NCBI GenBank assembly: GCA_043381765.1
Contig: JBHJMP010000866.1
Coordinates: 1 to 38,857 of the forward strand
DNA: 38,857 nt
Direction: 5' to 3'
Source of the DNA: Collodictyon triciliatum
Taxonomy: Eukaryota
How positions within the stretch are numbered: position 1 is the first letter of the stretch; each line of letters begins with the position of its first letter. Made by a program: the position numbers and the translations under genes. This document shows, one piece after another, positions 1 to 12,700 of the stretch. The notes beneath the pieces are model-generated. The model searched no databases. It was not told the DNA's origin and saw only the letters and a list, made by a program, of their open reading frames with translations.

Positions 1-41
<41 letters not shown>

Positions 42-170
42 AAAAAAAAAAAAAAAAAAAAAAAAAAACAAAAAAAACAAAAAAACAACAAAAAAACAAA
101 AAAACAAAAACAAAAAAACAAAACAAAACAAAAAAACAAAACAAAAAAACAAAACAAAACAAAACAAAAA
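1..170. repeat. Poly-A / (CAAAA)n low-complexity tract in an intron
   Basis: Direct reading; lies upstream of the acceptor CAG at 181-183. Confidence 0.9.
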
Positions 171-183
171 ACCTCTGTTCCAG

Positions 184-3100
184 GTTTGGAGGTGTCATGA
201 AGAAAGGCTCTTTACTTCGTCACTATCAACGAGTGCGCGAGGCAGCATTAAAATTTATCTACTACGAAAGGTGATTTCTATGACATCGACAGATGCTTAC
301 AAGCTAATTCAATTAATTTTCTTTATTTTACCTTTAATGTTTGACAATCAAATATTTTGACTATATACTTCCATCGGTTTCATCTCGCACTGCAATTCGA
401 AGCTTGGACCCTGAAAATACAGAAAATACAGAACCCTTATCCATATCGGTAATATGCGACCACCTGTTAGGAGAAAGGAAGAAGCTACAGTTGGTCTGTT
501 TCTTGAATATCCATTTTGTTTCGCTCTTTGAACTATAATATGATTGTATTATTCTGAATTTGAAAACAGTTTCTTTTTTCTTCTTTTTTTTATTATTATT
601 TTCATTCACTCTATGTATTGCCATAACAATTAGAGCCATCGGGTTAGTTTCCGAAACCTTAAAGAGGCACTTTTACTTGGCCATGCAAATTTTATGAAGC
701 GGGACTACGACAAAGCGGCGGAATATTACAACGATGTATGTCAAACTTCACCTCTTTGTTCCATTATCAAATTCAATTGATTTACCATCATCATATTTAT
801 ATTAGAGTGGCGATTCGGGAATACTCCCTTTAATAAGCTGTTTCTGTATTTCGGGGGCATTTGAAAGGGCAGAATCCCTCATCAATTCTCTTTTGGAGAG
901 GTTAATTTCTATCAGACATATTCAGGATAATAAATGGTCAGACCTAAAATGACTTTGTTCGGTAGGGAAGAAAAAACCTCTATCCTAACGAGAGCTGTAG
1001 CTTTTCTTGCTGCTACACTGTTGACGTTCTATAAAAATCCAACCTCAACCACTGTCTCTATCATACCCGCCACTGTTTTGGACGAATGTGAATGTTTTAC
1101 TTTTACAAAGAAAATTTTAATTTCTTTTGTTTATAGGAATTAATTATACTATCCAAAAACGAGCTTTTAGCGATTTCTCACAAACTATTCACCAGTAAAT
1201 CGTAAACTGAGTTTTTTTTTCTCTACACTAAGTCAGTTTTTACTTGCATGCGTATAACAGCATTAGCCGAAGAGATTTACTTAAAATGGGTAAAAGCTGC
1301 ACTCCACAAAGAAATGCCCCAGCCAAGGGATTTATTTCGGTACGCATTATGTTACATCATCAAAATTTTTTTGTCACCAAATAATTACAAATAAAATCCA
1401 TGCATGACCTCCCTACGCATATATCTATCGCAAACACATCTTCCTCCTTGCTACTGTACCTTTCCCTCCATGATTAATATATGTAAAACCTAAGGGAACA
1501 TGTACCAAGGAAATATTTTATCGATGCTTTAAGACACACGCAACTGCTCAATCCGACGATTTTGAGTAGAATGTTGGTAGAATTAAATATGCTTCCCGAA
1601 GCACTTGAATTGCTCCGCAACGCCGGGAAGTGGCGTGAGGTTAATCAAACAAACATATTGCTATGCTGGTTCAATCGAATTAAAAGTCTATTACTTAATA
1701 CTCAAAAGCCCATATTTACGAAGCTTATCATCTCACTTTTTATTTCCTTCTTACTCTCTTCTTTTATTTTCTGTACTTCAGGCTTGCACACTTGCCTTGG
1801 ATATGAAGAAGTTTGAGTTTTGCCGAGGCATCTTGCTATCTGCGATGCTTTCAGCTTCGAAAAGGACAGATATATCATCCATGATTGAGTAAGGAATATT
1901 ATACTGCGAAAATAAACGTGAAATAGCCAGATCATATACTTTTTTTTATGGTTAGTCCTATTCGTAACGTCCCAATATTTTTCAGCGTGTTGAGTGTCGC
2001 ACACACCCTTCCAATGAATACAACCCCTTTGAGAAAGGAAGCTCTGGACATCCTACTAAAACAAATCGGAGACATCATAAAAAGACTTCCATTAATCGTT
2101 CCAATAGAGTTCGAGCTGCCATTTCCATACGATTTATCGACAGGTTAAATCGCTTATAAAATTTCGATATGCGCTTTAATTTATCCAAACAAAAAATATT
2201 TGATGATTCAAATTGCCCATCCATATAGTTTAACGGAATTAAATAAGCTCAAACCGAAATAGACCCGTGGGATTCCTCTGTTAGCCTTTCCAGTAGTATC
2301 ACGGCTTCAGATAAAAGTTTGTTTTCAAATCACTCAGACACATCCATTCTGTGGCCAGGTAGCCCAAGACCTCAAGTGTATCACGGAGTCAATACATCTG
2401 AGCAAATACCAGCACTACTCAGCCCAGGGACTAAAAATATAAGGACAAATCTTTCGGTGACAAAAGAAAAACAAAGTAGACTCGAACTTATCAACTTGAT
2501 ACGAATATGTCTAGTTTTCTTCAAATACGACATGCCAACTTACGAATCGCTCTATGAAGCGAGATATGAGCAACTGCAGTCTCTTTCAATTTTGGTGACA
2601 AGTGTTGACCAAGAAACAGGGGCTCCTCATGAAACCATGAGCAATGTAGGGACAGGTCAAAGTCATACCGACCGACATTGTTCCGGATTTGTGATTCCGA
2701 CTGATATAGAGCAAGACCCGCTTTTTGGAAACTTTAGAGAGCTCTGTAGGTTCACATGGTTTGTTATTTTATTCCATAGCATAATAAGGTGTATGTCGCT
2801 TATTCATTGAAAAATTATTATATGGATATATAAATAGTTTCATTGTTGTTTTTATGTCTGAAAATATGATGATCCTCAAATAGCTGGAACTCTCTGGTTT
2901 GAAAGAAAATCTATCACCGAAACATAACATCACATCCCGACTTTTTCTCTACAAATCAATCGCAGGTTTTTGCACATTCGAGACCGACTGTCACTCTCAT
3001 TTCGTAAGAAGGACACAATAGTCGACGGAATATGGAAAAAACATCTCACATCTACGCTGAAAAAATCTCGAACCCCCCTTTTTCATTCGGAATCAGAGAA

Positions 3101-6100
3101 ACATTGGATATTAATGGCGGCTAAATGGGCACATCGGCTTCTGTGCATTGGTAATTTTTTTTCTCTTTTCTGATTCAGCAATATTTTTAGAGGAGGAAAT
3201 TTTATCTGACACAGTTTGTTTTCCATCTTCAAACACTCACATAGACACACATAGACACACAAAAAGACAAAAAAGACAAAAAAAAAAAAAAAAAAAAAGA
3301 CAAAAAAGACAAAAAAGAAAAAAAAGACAAAAAAGACAAAAAAGACAAAAAAGACAAAAAAGACAAAAAGAACAAAAGACAAAAAAGACAAAAAAGACAA
3401 AAAAGACAAAAAAGACAAAAAAGACAAAAAAGACAAAAAAGACAAAAAAGACAAAAAAGACAAAAAAGACAAAAAAGACAAAAAAGACAAAAAAGACAAA
3501 AAAGACAAAAAAGAAAAAAGACAAAAAAAGACAAAAAAAGAAAAAAAAAAAAAAAAAAAAAAGACAAAAAAAAGAAAAAAAAAGACAAAAAAAGACAAAA
3601 AAAGACAAAAAAAGACAAAAAAGACAAAAAAAAAAAGACAAAAAATATAACAAAATAATGACTGTATATCCTACTGTAACAAAATTTACTTTCCATTATT
3701 CTTTATTTTTCATTTTTTTTTCATTTCCCTTTTTCATTTCCCTTTTTCATTTCCCTTTTTCATTTCCCTTTTCATTTCCCTTTTTCATTTCCCTTTTTCA
3801 TTTCCCTTTTCATTTCCCTTTTTTTTTCTTCCTTCTTGCCTGTCTCAGGTGATTTGGCCTCTATGAGTTCAGTGTATGATATCCTATTGTCTCTTGTCAC
3901 CAATCTGGACTGGGAATATCAAATCGAAATACTTTGCATGTTTCCAAGAGATACAGATTTAAAGCTGTAAGTAATTCTTTTCTCTGCAAACAAACATCAA
4001 TCGTTTTTACATGCCCAAATTTTGTCAATTAATGAAGCAAATACTTTAATGGATGATGAACCTGAATCATAAATAACTCATTTATAGAAGCTCTCAAAAA
4101 TACAACAAAATATTGGAAGCGCTTCGGAAAAATTCACCAGAGAATTATGAAAAATTGAAAGAAAAATGGGCCACCATACAAAGGGTCTCTAATATTCAGG
4201 TAATTCTTTCCCCAGGTCCCTTCTCAGATCGACCCGTACAATTACTTATCCAATTAGTATTCAATGATACAGGGTATATGGGCTTGCGAAAGTGATTTAT
4301 CATTCATCGTATTTGTTCGATCTGCAATAAGTTTACCGTCTCAAATGGATATCATTCAAATACCTGAGCTTGATTCTATATGTAAGGGCCACTTCCACCA
4401 CAGAAAACATACATCACGAACCAATGATAATGTAATAATCTTATTTATCTACTACGTAACAAGTGTCTGCGATACATTCGAGTGAGAACGAACTAGATGA
4501 ATCAGAGTAAGTTTGATACTGACCTCTGTTGCGAATTTAAATGAGCATATTCTAATGATGATTTTCCTTTCTTTTTTTTTTTTTAACACTACCTACTAAT
4601 GCATTTTTAAATATTAATCATTTATCATCAACAATCTAAGTGGCTACATGCTCGAAAACGAATATGATGTGGACTCATATGAAGAGTCAGACAGCGTATA
4701 TGATGAAATGGAGAACAGCCGATATACCGAAGGAAATACATACGAGACAGTCCATACCGAAAGCGCCACATCACCAGATGTTCCTCATGAAAGGGTTTTA
4801 ATTGGTACAACGGACTCTCTTCCAAGAAGAATTTCTCAACACTCGATGAGTCTTGATGGACACAGTTTCTACAGCGAATCCCCAGTACCAAGCGTTTTGG
4901 AAGAACTGATCCCTAAAGCAAAGAAACTCGATTCCAAAGCGTTATCCCAGTTGCACACAATCCCCGAAAGTGACTCTGGAATTAAGGGAACCTCGCATGG
5001 CCAAGATTCTAATGTTGGAGAATCAAAATCTAGTCCTGAAAAGGGAGACTTGCTGTGTGATGACAGTAGAAACACTATCATTTTCCATGATTATCAAGGT
5101 CATGACGCGGTTGATATAGAGAATACCATAAATGAGCAAGGAAATAGCTTAACAGAGATACATCGGCAAGATAAGCGTGATGAAGCAAACGAAGAGGTTG
5201 ATGATTTCGACGGAGACCTTCCGATTTATGCCGATAAAAATCCTTTGAAAGTAAGCACCCCTCGCAGACCCACTTCAAATTCGATTATTTCTCCAAGGCC
5301 AACAAAAGATACAGCCGCGCCTCAAACTCAGCGAGTTCAATCCATGCTTCTCACAGTCGAATCATCCCCGATTGAAAGTCCCATGGAGATACTTTTCTTC
5401 CCTCAGACAGGCATGCAGTTGCCAACCCCATCCTTCCCAGGTAAAATATCATTCACGCACCTTATCATGAAAGAAATAATGAAAAAAGCTGCAAATTATC
5501 TCCAAGAGGGTGAATTAGTGGTTCAAAATTGTTTTGGACAACATTAGTTTCCTCGCTTATAATTATCTTTAGTGCATAATTTGCAATATATTTCCCTTTT
5601 GATTAGAAGCTTTTTTTTTTTCATTCTATTTTCCTTTCATGCAAATTTTAACACCTCATCTATTTCTTTTTCAACTCTTTATTATATTTATAAAAAACCG
5701 ATCTATTTAAAGACATCAAGGCGCCTGGTGACGCTACTAAAAGTCTGGAGCCAAGTGTTGCAGCTCTACCTCCTGATAGACCAGAAACGATGGATTCGAA
5801 CTCAGGTTCACATCAGCTTCTGCCCGACCAGAGTGGACTTCACCAGGAAACAAAAGAGCTTTTGAGCAGTGCGATGGTATTATTGCAAAGGATGGAGGAA
5901 AAGATGAACCGGTTGGAAATGAAGAGCCCAAGCTCTCGCTCAATCAGCACAAATTCACTGGATGTTCAGCCACAAAGCCCAAGAAATGTAAAAAGCCCTC
6001 GTTCGTCCTCACTAGGGACTTATCAACCAGTCCAAATAACGACTGCAGGTGGTTCTACATCCATCCAGGGATTCAGACAGACCCCATTCCTCCATCTTTT

Positions 6101-9100
6101 CAAGGCAGATACGCCTGAAAGGTAAGTAAGCTCATTCCATCCTTTCCAAATATTGTACACCTATTTTTTCTTCATTTCTCAATTCTCTTGAAACTTTTTT
6201 TTAATATCACATGCTTTTCTGTTCCATTTTCTTTGAATAGATTTTCGAATTCTGTGGACCTCCCGCTAGTATCTGCGAAAACTAATTCAACGTTGTCGAC
6301 AAAACCTTTACTACAAATGTCCAAGCCGACTGCCGCCCCTACCCCTTTTTTTCATCTGAGCCAGCGAACATCAACACCACAGTATCCCATTTCTCAATCA
6401 CATGGAAATAATCTCGCCCCGGAATTTCCCACCGCACCTATCCAGACTCCATTTTTGCAAAATACTCGGGCAAAGTTGACAAGAGTATCACCATTTTTGT
6501 CGATTTCCACGAACCCACAGGTTTTTTTATATTAATTTTAATCATGCCTTTTGCATGATTTCATCTTTATAAGTCGAAAAATCCAAAAAAGAATGTAAAA
6601 TTCAACTGCATCACGCGAAGTCAATAGTGAACACATCATGCTTTTTTTTTACATAGGCATTCCCTGCCGACGCAATCACCATTCTGGAGAAACCAATTAC
6701 AGAGAAAAGCACACAACTCACCTCAGAATTACCCATTCAATCAGAAAAGTCAGCAGAGCATATATCTCCCTCTCTGCCATCCTCTCCAACAGCTTCGCCA
6801 AGTGGTGAAGCAACAGCAACAGCAACAGCAACAACAACACATGTACAAAATCATGTGAAGTTACCTCGTCTCGTGGATTCACACACACAGACACTGATTA
6901 ATTCAGAAACTCAAACCGAGAATCAAACCAAGGTACCTGATTCTCAACCGCCACACGAGCCACCACCAGAAACCCCATCAGCAAAAGTTAATGCGAAGTT
7001 AATCGAAGCCAAAGCAACACCAACGTTGGAAGAGTTTCATATTGGCATTCAGTGTCAGCCAGCGACATGTTCGGTAGCAATCAATACAACATCGCCCAGA
7101 AAGCAAGTTTTCTCGACAGGGACATCAACAGAGGACAATGAGCACCGAAGCATCGCAGTGTCTACAGAGATGGTACCAGTTTCGTCCCAATCAATTATGA
7201 CAGAGAATACAACAGTTCCAGAAAGTGACAGAGTCCACGAGCAAGTTTATCCAGAGTTAGTAGATAAGAGCGCAGCTAAACCAGACGAATTGAATACTGG
7301 GACAAGAGAGACGAATGAACAAGAGGAGGGAACAAAACTAGTCGATGACCATTTGCCAGTCAGCCGCCCGGACAAACACCGGCCAGATGCGCTGACTGTA
7401 GCGTCTCATTCATCCGAGCATCCAAAAGGCGAATTTAGACCGGCGACACCCAATCCATTTGCGACATCGTTCCTCTTGTCCTCTGGATTCTCATCTCGAA
7501 ACCCACAGATAAATGTTGTCCGCGGAGTCCAGATTTTACAGCCAAAAGGGAAAGTCGTGGCGAATGTCTTACCAACACAAATGCTGCATCAACGAAAGGA
7601 CCTCTCGAGCAAGTTCCACACGAAATTCTTGGATCTACTGGGAGATGAAGAAAAGAACGCAGGCGATGAGGTATTAACATTGCTGTGATTTTTTTTTTAT
7701 AGATAATAATAGCTTATCTATGCCATAGTAAAATACAAACCACAGCATATAAGAGATGTATACCTCATAAAATTGTTCGCTTCATCTTATTACTGGAGTT
7801 TGGGCTTCATTTGTTTACATAAACAAGAGGGATATTCCCAATTATGCTTACGGGCTAAAAAGCCCTGAATTTCGTCTCATTTTTTTATCTGTTTTCAATT
7901 AAAAATGTATAGTATGAAAGTAATGATGGTTCAGAGAGGGTTACAGAGGTCACTGAGGACAACCCAGTAGAAGCCAGAGGCCGAATCTCAATCAATGCAG
8001 AGAAGAGTGCATAACCCTACCTTATCTATCACACAATTAATTTTACATTTTCATCGTTCAAGATGTTTTGCTCAGAAAGCTCCTTCTAACTCTTGAATTC
8101 CATTCCAATAACAAAGGACCATCGAGTTTGCAGCTATCCATCCCAGAATCTGACACTCAAAAGCCACGTGTATCATCCATGTAACATTTCAGTTGCATTT
8201 ATAATACCTTGTTCTCTTGGAAGAGACAGCGACAGCTTTGAATGCTGTTGCATTTTATTTTAATACTAGACCATCGTTTTCATATTTTCAACTGCATAGA
8301 CTCATCTTCATAAATCCGTCCAGGTCAGCGTACAGGTCTGGGGTTGACCATATGAAGGAACGACTTGATGAGCTGAATCAAATTCTTTCGCGTGTAGAGA
8401 AAGCTTCGAATGACTTAGGGCGTGATTTTGACCGTTCTCGCAAGGTTTATTCTCCACAAAAAACCCCAAATAAATTCTTTCCAGAGGTTTTTTTCTAAAA
8501 AAAAAATAATAATAAAAAATAAAAACAAAAGTCATATTATGTTGTTACGCGTTTACTTATCTGAGGACATTTTTTTTCTTGTAAAAATAAAAGAACCATT
8601 CAAGGGAATCACTTCGTTTGCCTCTTTTTCCGGTAGTATTTGTCATATCCACAAATCTTCCGTAGGACCTTCGTGAGATAGAGACCGAGAGCATCAAGCT
8701 GAAGTATGAAGAGCCTCCAACCCTAAGCACTCGTCAGCACCGCCTGCAAGAAAAAGCTCGCTCTCAGTAAGTTGTTGATGAATATGCCATACATTTCTTT
8801 CTCAACCTCATTCGCATCAGACATCCACCCCGTAAAGACCATTGACGATGAAAAAGTGTTTAGCTAACACAAGAAAAAGCTGTTGAAAGTAGTCTCAACC
8901 ATGTGATGTTAACTTTACCAGTATTATTATTATTATTACTAATACTGCTAATAATTATTTATCGATGGTTAAAGTTCCAGGTCGTTGTCGATTGATTGTG
9001 TGCCCAAGGGCAAAGAGCGACCGCGTTCCGGCCCGTTCGTGTCTCCGTTGGACTCTGGCAGAACAGCGACAGCGCCGGATTCCACCCACCACCCCAATCA

Positions 9101-9329
9101 CAACCATCATCACAACACAAGCTCTCCAAGAGGAGACGGACCACCCAAGCATGTTGAACCAACGCCATCTACGCAGGCAGTCGAGACTCAGAAGCCAACA
9201 ACCCACAGAAGACCCGGAAGCCGCCGCGTGAACGACGAGATTCTTCTAAGGCGCGTGAGTTCGGCGGGTCAGTTGCTCAGCCACATCATGACGTCCGGCT
9301 CGGCTTCTCATGCCCAGGAGAAAAGATAG
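184..9329 (+). CDS. CPLANE1: CPLANE1 (C5orf42/JBTS17)-like ciliogenesis and planar polarity effector; multi-exon, 5' end lies upstream of the window
   Basis: Spliced exons give LPEALELLRNAGKWREACTLAL (~1590-1800), IIKRLPLIVPIEFELPFP (~2075-2128), FRELCRFTW|FLHIRDRLSLSFRK (donor ~2759, acceptor ~2965) and AAKWAHRLLCIG|DLASMSSVYDILLSLVTNL. These match, in order, motifs I recall from vertebrate CPLANE1 (PEAVWLAYKLGDWK; FSKRLWGLVPFGLYLPAPP; FRELCALCWMLHVRDKLSYSCR; EWAYRMLPF...QDIILSLIGEL). A long Ser/Pro/Thr-rich disordered half follows (4648-7670), then a coiled segment (8323-8443, 8666-8767). The phase-consistent last exon 8981-9329 ends in TAG. Some internal boundaries are approximate. Confidence 0.72.
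3261..3825. repeat. Intronic (AAAAAAGAC)n array followed by a (TTTTTCATTTCCC)n array
   Basis: 9-mer array at ~3261-3645 and 12-13-mer pyrimidine array at ~3705-3825, inside the CPLANE1-like intron ~3151-3849. Confidence 0.92.
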
Positions 9330-9686
9330 TCTTGCAGGAGACGGTCTCATGATGTTCTGTCTGAAGATGCCTATTTATTTATATCAACAATGCCAAGGTC
9401 GTCTTTTTTAGGGAAAAAAAGGAAAACAGAAAGGGATGAAGGTGGCGAATCTGTATAAACTAAAATCCAGATATAGAGACGGTTGATCTGGCTCTTGTGG
9501 CAATCTATTTACTTTCTTGGAATGGAGCGGATCAAACAAACAAATAAAAAAAAGAAAAAAAAGAAAAAAACCCAACAGAAAAGAAATCTGAAGCAATCGG
9601 CTCGGAAGCAGATCGGTGTTTGCCAAGAGTTCTCAATGACATCCTTCCCATCCTGGGCCGCTTTCAGCCGGGACATTAACCAACCC

Positions 9687-9689
9687 TAT

Positions 9690-9732
<43 letters not shown>

Positions 9733-9735
9733 TTT
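9687..9735. repeat. (TATT)n microsatellite just upstream of the cyclase-like ATG
   Basis: Direct reading. Confidence 0.9.
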
Positions 9736-9762
9736 GCTTTTAAGCGTCATTGGCTGGAATAA

Positions 9763-12700
9763 ATGGCCTCTTCGAAGTCGCGCCGTCCAGAAAGTCGCGG
9801 TGTGAATGTAAGTCGCCTTCCTTCTCGAACACCCCAGTAGTAAAGCTGATGGGAAGTCTATGGATAAGACAGCAAAGCCAAGCTTTTCAGCATTACACCC
9901 TCTTTTCTGTATATTTTTTTTTTATCTTTATAATCGCGTACGCGTATTCCTAAAGCTCCTAGCATCGTGCCAGGAACTTCGTCTCAGCATTATCTCCCAT
10001 TTGGTGTTTATGATTTGCATTCATGCTTCTTTTATGTTTTCTTCACTGTCTTTTTCCCCCCGATTCTTTTGTTAAAACTCATTTGCATGTGTGTTTCTTT
10101 TTTCAAGCAGGAGCACAGTTTTGGAGAGTTGGCCCTGCTGGCGATGGATGAGGAGCGGTTGCCAACCATGGGCGACCGTAAAAAGAAATGTAAATTCTAA
10201 ACTCCACATCGCACTTTCATTAAACCAAAACAAACTCAATTAAAAACATCGTGCAATTATTAAGTCCTTCCAATTCTATCTCGTTATAAATCTCTTCTTT
10301 TCTTTTCTTTTCTTTTCTATACCCGCTTTTTTCTCGACTCTAGCCAGTGAGGGTTCCAGAGGCAGCCGCCCAGGCACAGGAACGGCCACATTGTCCTCAA
10401 CATGGGTCTGAAGATAGAAAAACCTATTTGATATTCGCGTCTTTATACACTTTTGATAAAATTTTGATACTGAAACATAAAAGTATGATGCTCTTGCATG
10501 TCGCAACAAGTGCGTTTATAGCATATATATGCTTATCTGAGATTTTGAATGAAAAATAACAATCAAAAGAATATTTATGAAAATACAGAGCGAAGATATA
10601 TCCGCAAATATTGATAACAGACCAAAGAGCGAAGGTTGCTACCCAGGCACATCTCTTTCTCGGCCCTCAACTTCGCTTGGAATGGAAAGAAGTTCGGTAG
10701 GTATCGAGTGTTTATAAAGTCTATTCCATCAAACATGGTTTATATGCAATCATTGACGATTTTCACATAAGCTTATTTTGACAACAGGTTTATTCACCAG
10801 ATGAGCCAAGAGCAAAAACTGCGCCCACGAGAACGAAGCCGAGGCTAAATGCTTACTCGGCAATGGAAAGAAACACTGCGATGGAGATGGCGGGGTTGCG
10901 ACATGAGGTAATCAGTGCTTTGAAAAATAACAGTTAAATCCGAGTACTTCGCAATTATGTGTAAATATTCAGAATAAACCACATTACCCCTATCGTGCTT
11001 TCGACATAGGGGTCGGGATTTTTACCAACAAAAACAGAAACCAAACTGAAACATCTAGTGCGTCCTCTTATTCTTTGATTTCAATTAACCATGAAAACTC
11101 ATATCCAGCCTTCCTATATTCATTCCGTGGGTTAGTTGTCTGGACTGTTTATCATTTCGTTTATTTTCTCATTGGCGTACTTTTTTTTTATAACAACGCC
11201 TGCTCATTCTCGATCAGCTTCCGAATCTTTATGAAAAAAGAATTGACTGGACCAAATTGGAAGAGATGGAAAAACAGAGAGACGATTATGGGGTCGTTTT
11301 GCCTGTGAAGCCCATCGAATCGCAACATATTTTAAGGTACTTGGATGATGAAGATGTCTTGAAGCACGAATTCAAAGCACCCAATCGCATGAAGTCCTCA
11401 GGTACTTTAATATAGCAATGGCTCATCATCAAATGTTAAAATCAAATCGCCATTTTCTTACTGCGGATATGTTCATCTCTGCATTGCATTTGCCAGTCAT
11501 TCAAACATTATTTTCTATTTGGAATTGGGTTCCTTTATCAAAATTAGATCCGTGTTCCACATCTGATGTCTTTGCATCACATGTACCGCAGCTTCTAATT
11601 CGCCAGTTTTTAAAGAACCGCCGACCCGTCAAAGATTGCCAGATCTACCACATGGAAGCCAGTGTCCTGTACATTAATATTCTAGGTAGAGCAAAATAAC
11701 CTACCACAGGTGTTTTGTGGTTTGATATCTTTGCTTCTTTATATATATATATATATTTTACGAGAAAGCGTCAAACCCCTCAGCTATTGGAGAAAAAATG
11801 ATTCACTAGATAGCTGGAAGCAGTAACATATCACAAATACCAACAAAATTCTAGGCTACGAACCCATGGCCGAAAAATGCAGTGCATATGACTTTATGAA
11901 AGCAGAAGAGTTAAAATCGTCTCTGAATAGCTTCTATGGCATGATTGTTCGAATAATAACCCGTGACTTTGGGGGAGACAGTAAATTATTTTGGACAACC
12001 CTTGCACTATCTCCTCCTCCCAATAGCAAAAGCTAAAAGACATCTGACCCATTTTAAAATTTTATTGTTGAAATGTATGAGAATTATATGGAACACATGC
12101 ACGTTTAAGCTCGTATCATATTTTCATGGTTACATAGTTGTGAGTCTCACTGGGGAGGATATTACAGCTGTTTTCGGACACCCAGTTCCTACAATAATCA
12201 CAAAAACCAGTGACGGAAATATATCCCCAACAAAGGTGATTCGACAATAGTCTCCTGCTGCAATTCATTTACTCGTGCTCTAATGTGAAAAATTGTGCAT
12301 GGAATTCTTGTTCTTTCTCAAACCAAAACTAAGGGAAATCTTTTTATCATTTTAGGTGGGTCGGCATCACACTCGCTATTTTAACTCTCAGGTAATTTGA
12401 ATCCATATATTTCATTATTTTTTTTTATTTTTTCTGTAATTTATTCAGGACATTCTCAATGATTTACTCAATTTTGAGACAAATCTTTTTCATAACCTGA
12501 ATTATACCACCCAGTTATCGAAGCGAGTTCCAGAGTTCAACTCCAAAAAGGTTACCTTCTGACTACTTTCTCTCATAAGCAATACAAGATATGGTGTTTT
12601 TATTTTATTTACCTCTACAAAAAGATTATTTGTGGTAACACACATCTTCAATAATCAAGAATCCTCTGTTGCCATTGGGATGTCTAATAATCTTTCCACT

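Noticed and set aside
3083-3852. Long Lys-rich or Phe-rich ORFs on both strands
   Set aside because: They are translations of the intronic AAAAAAGAC and TTTTTCATTTCCC arrays; the flanking exons join in frame across them.
8955-9372. Separate minus-strand gene in the GC-rich block
   Set aside because: All three minus frames have stops; the + frame is the phase-consistent last exon of the CPLANE1-like gene.
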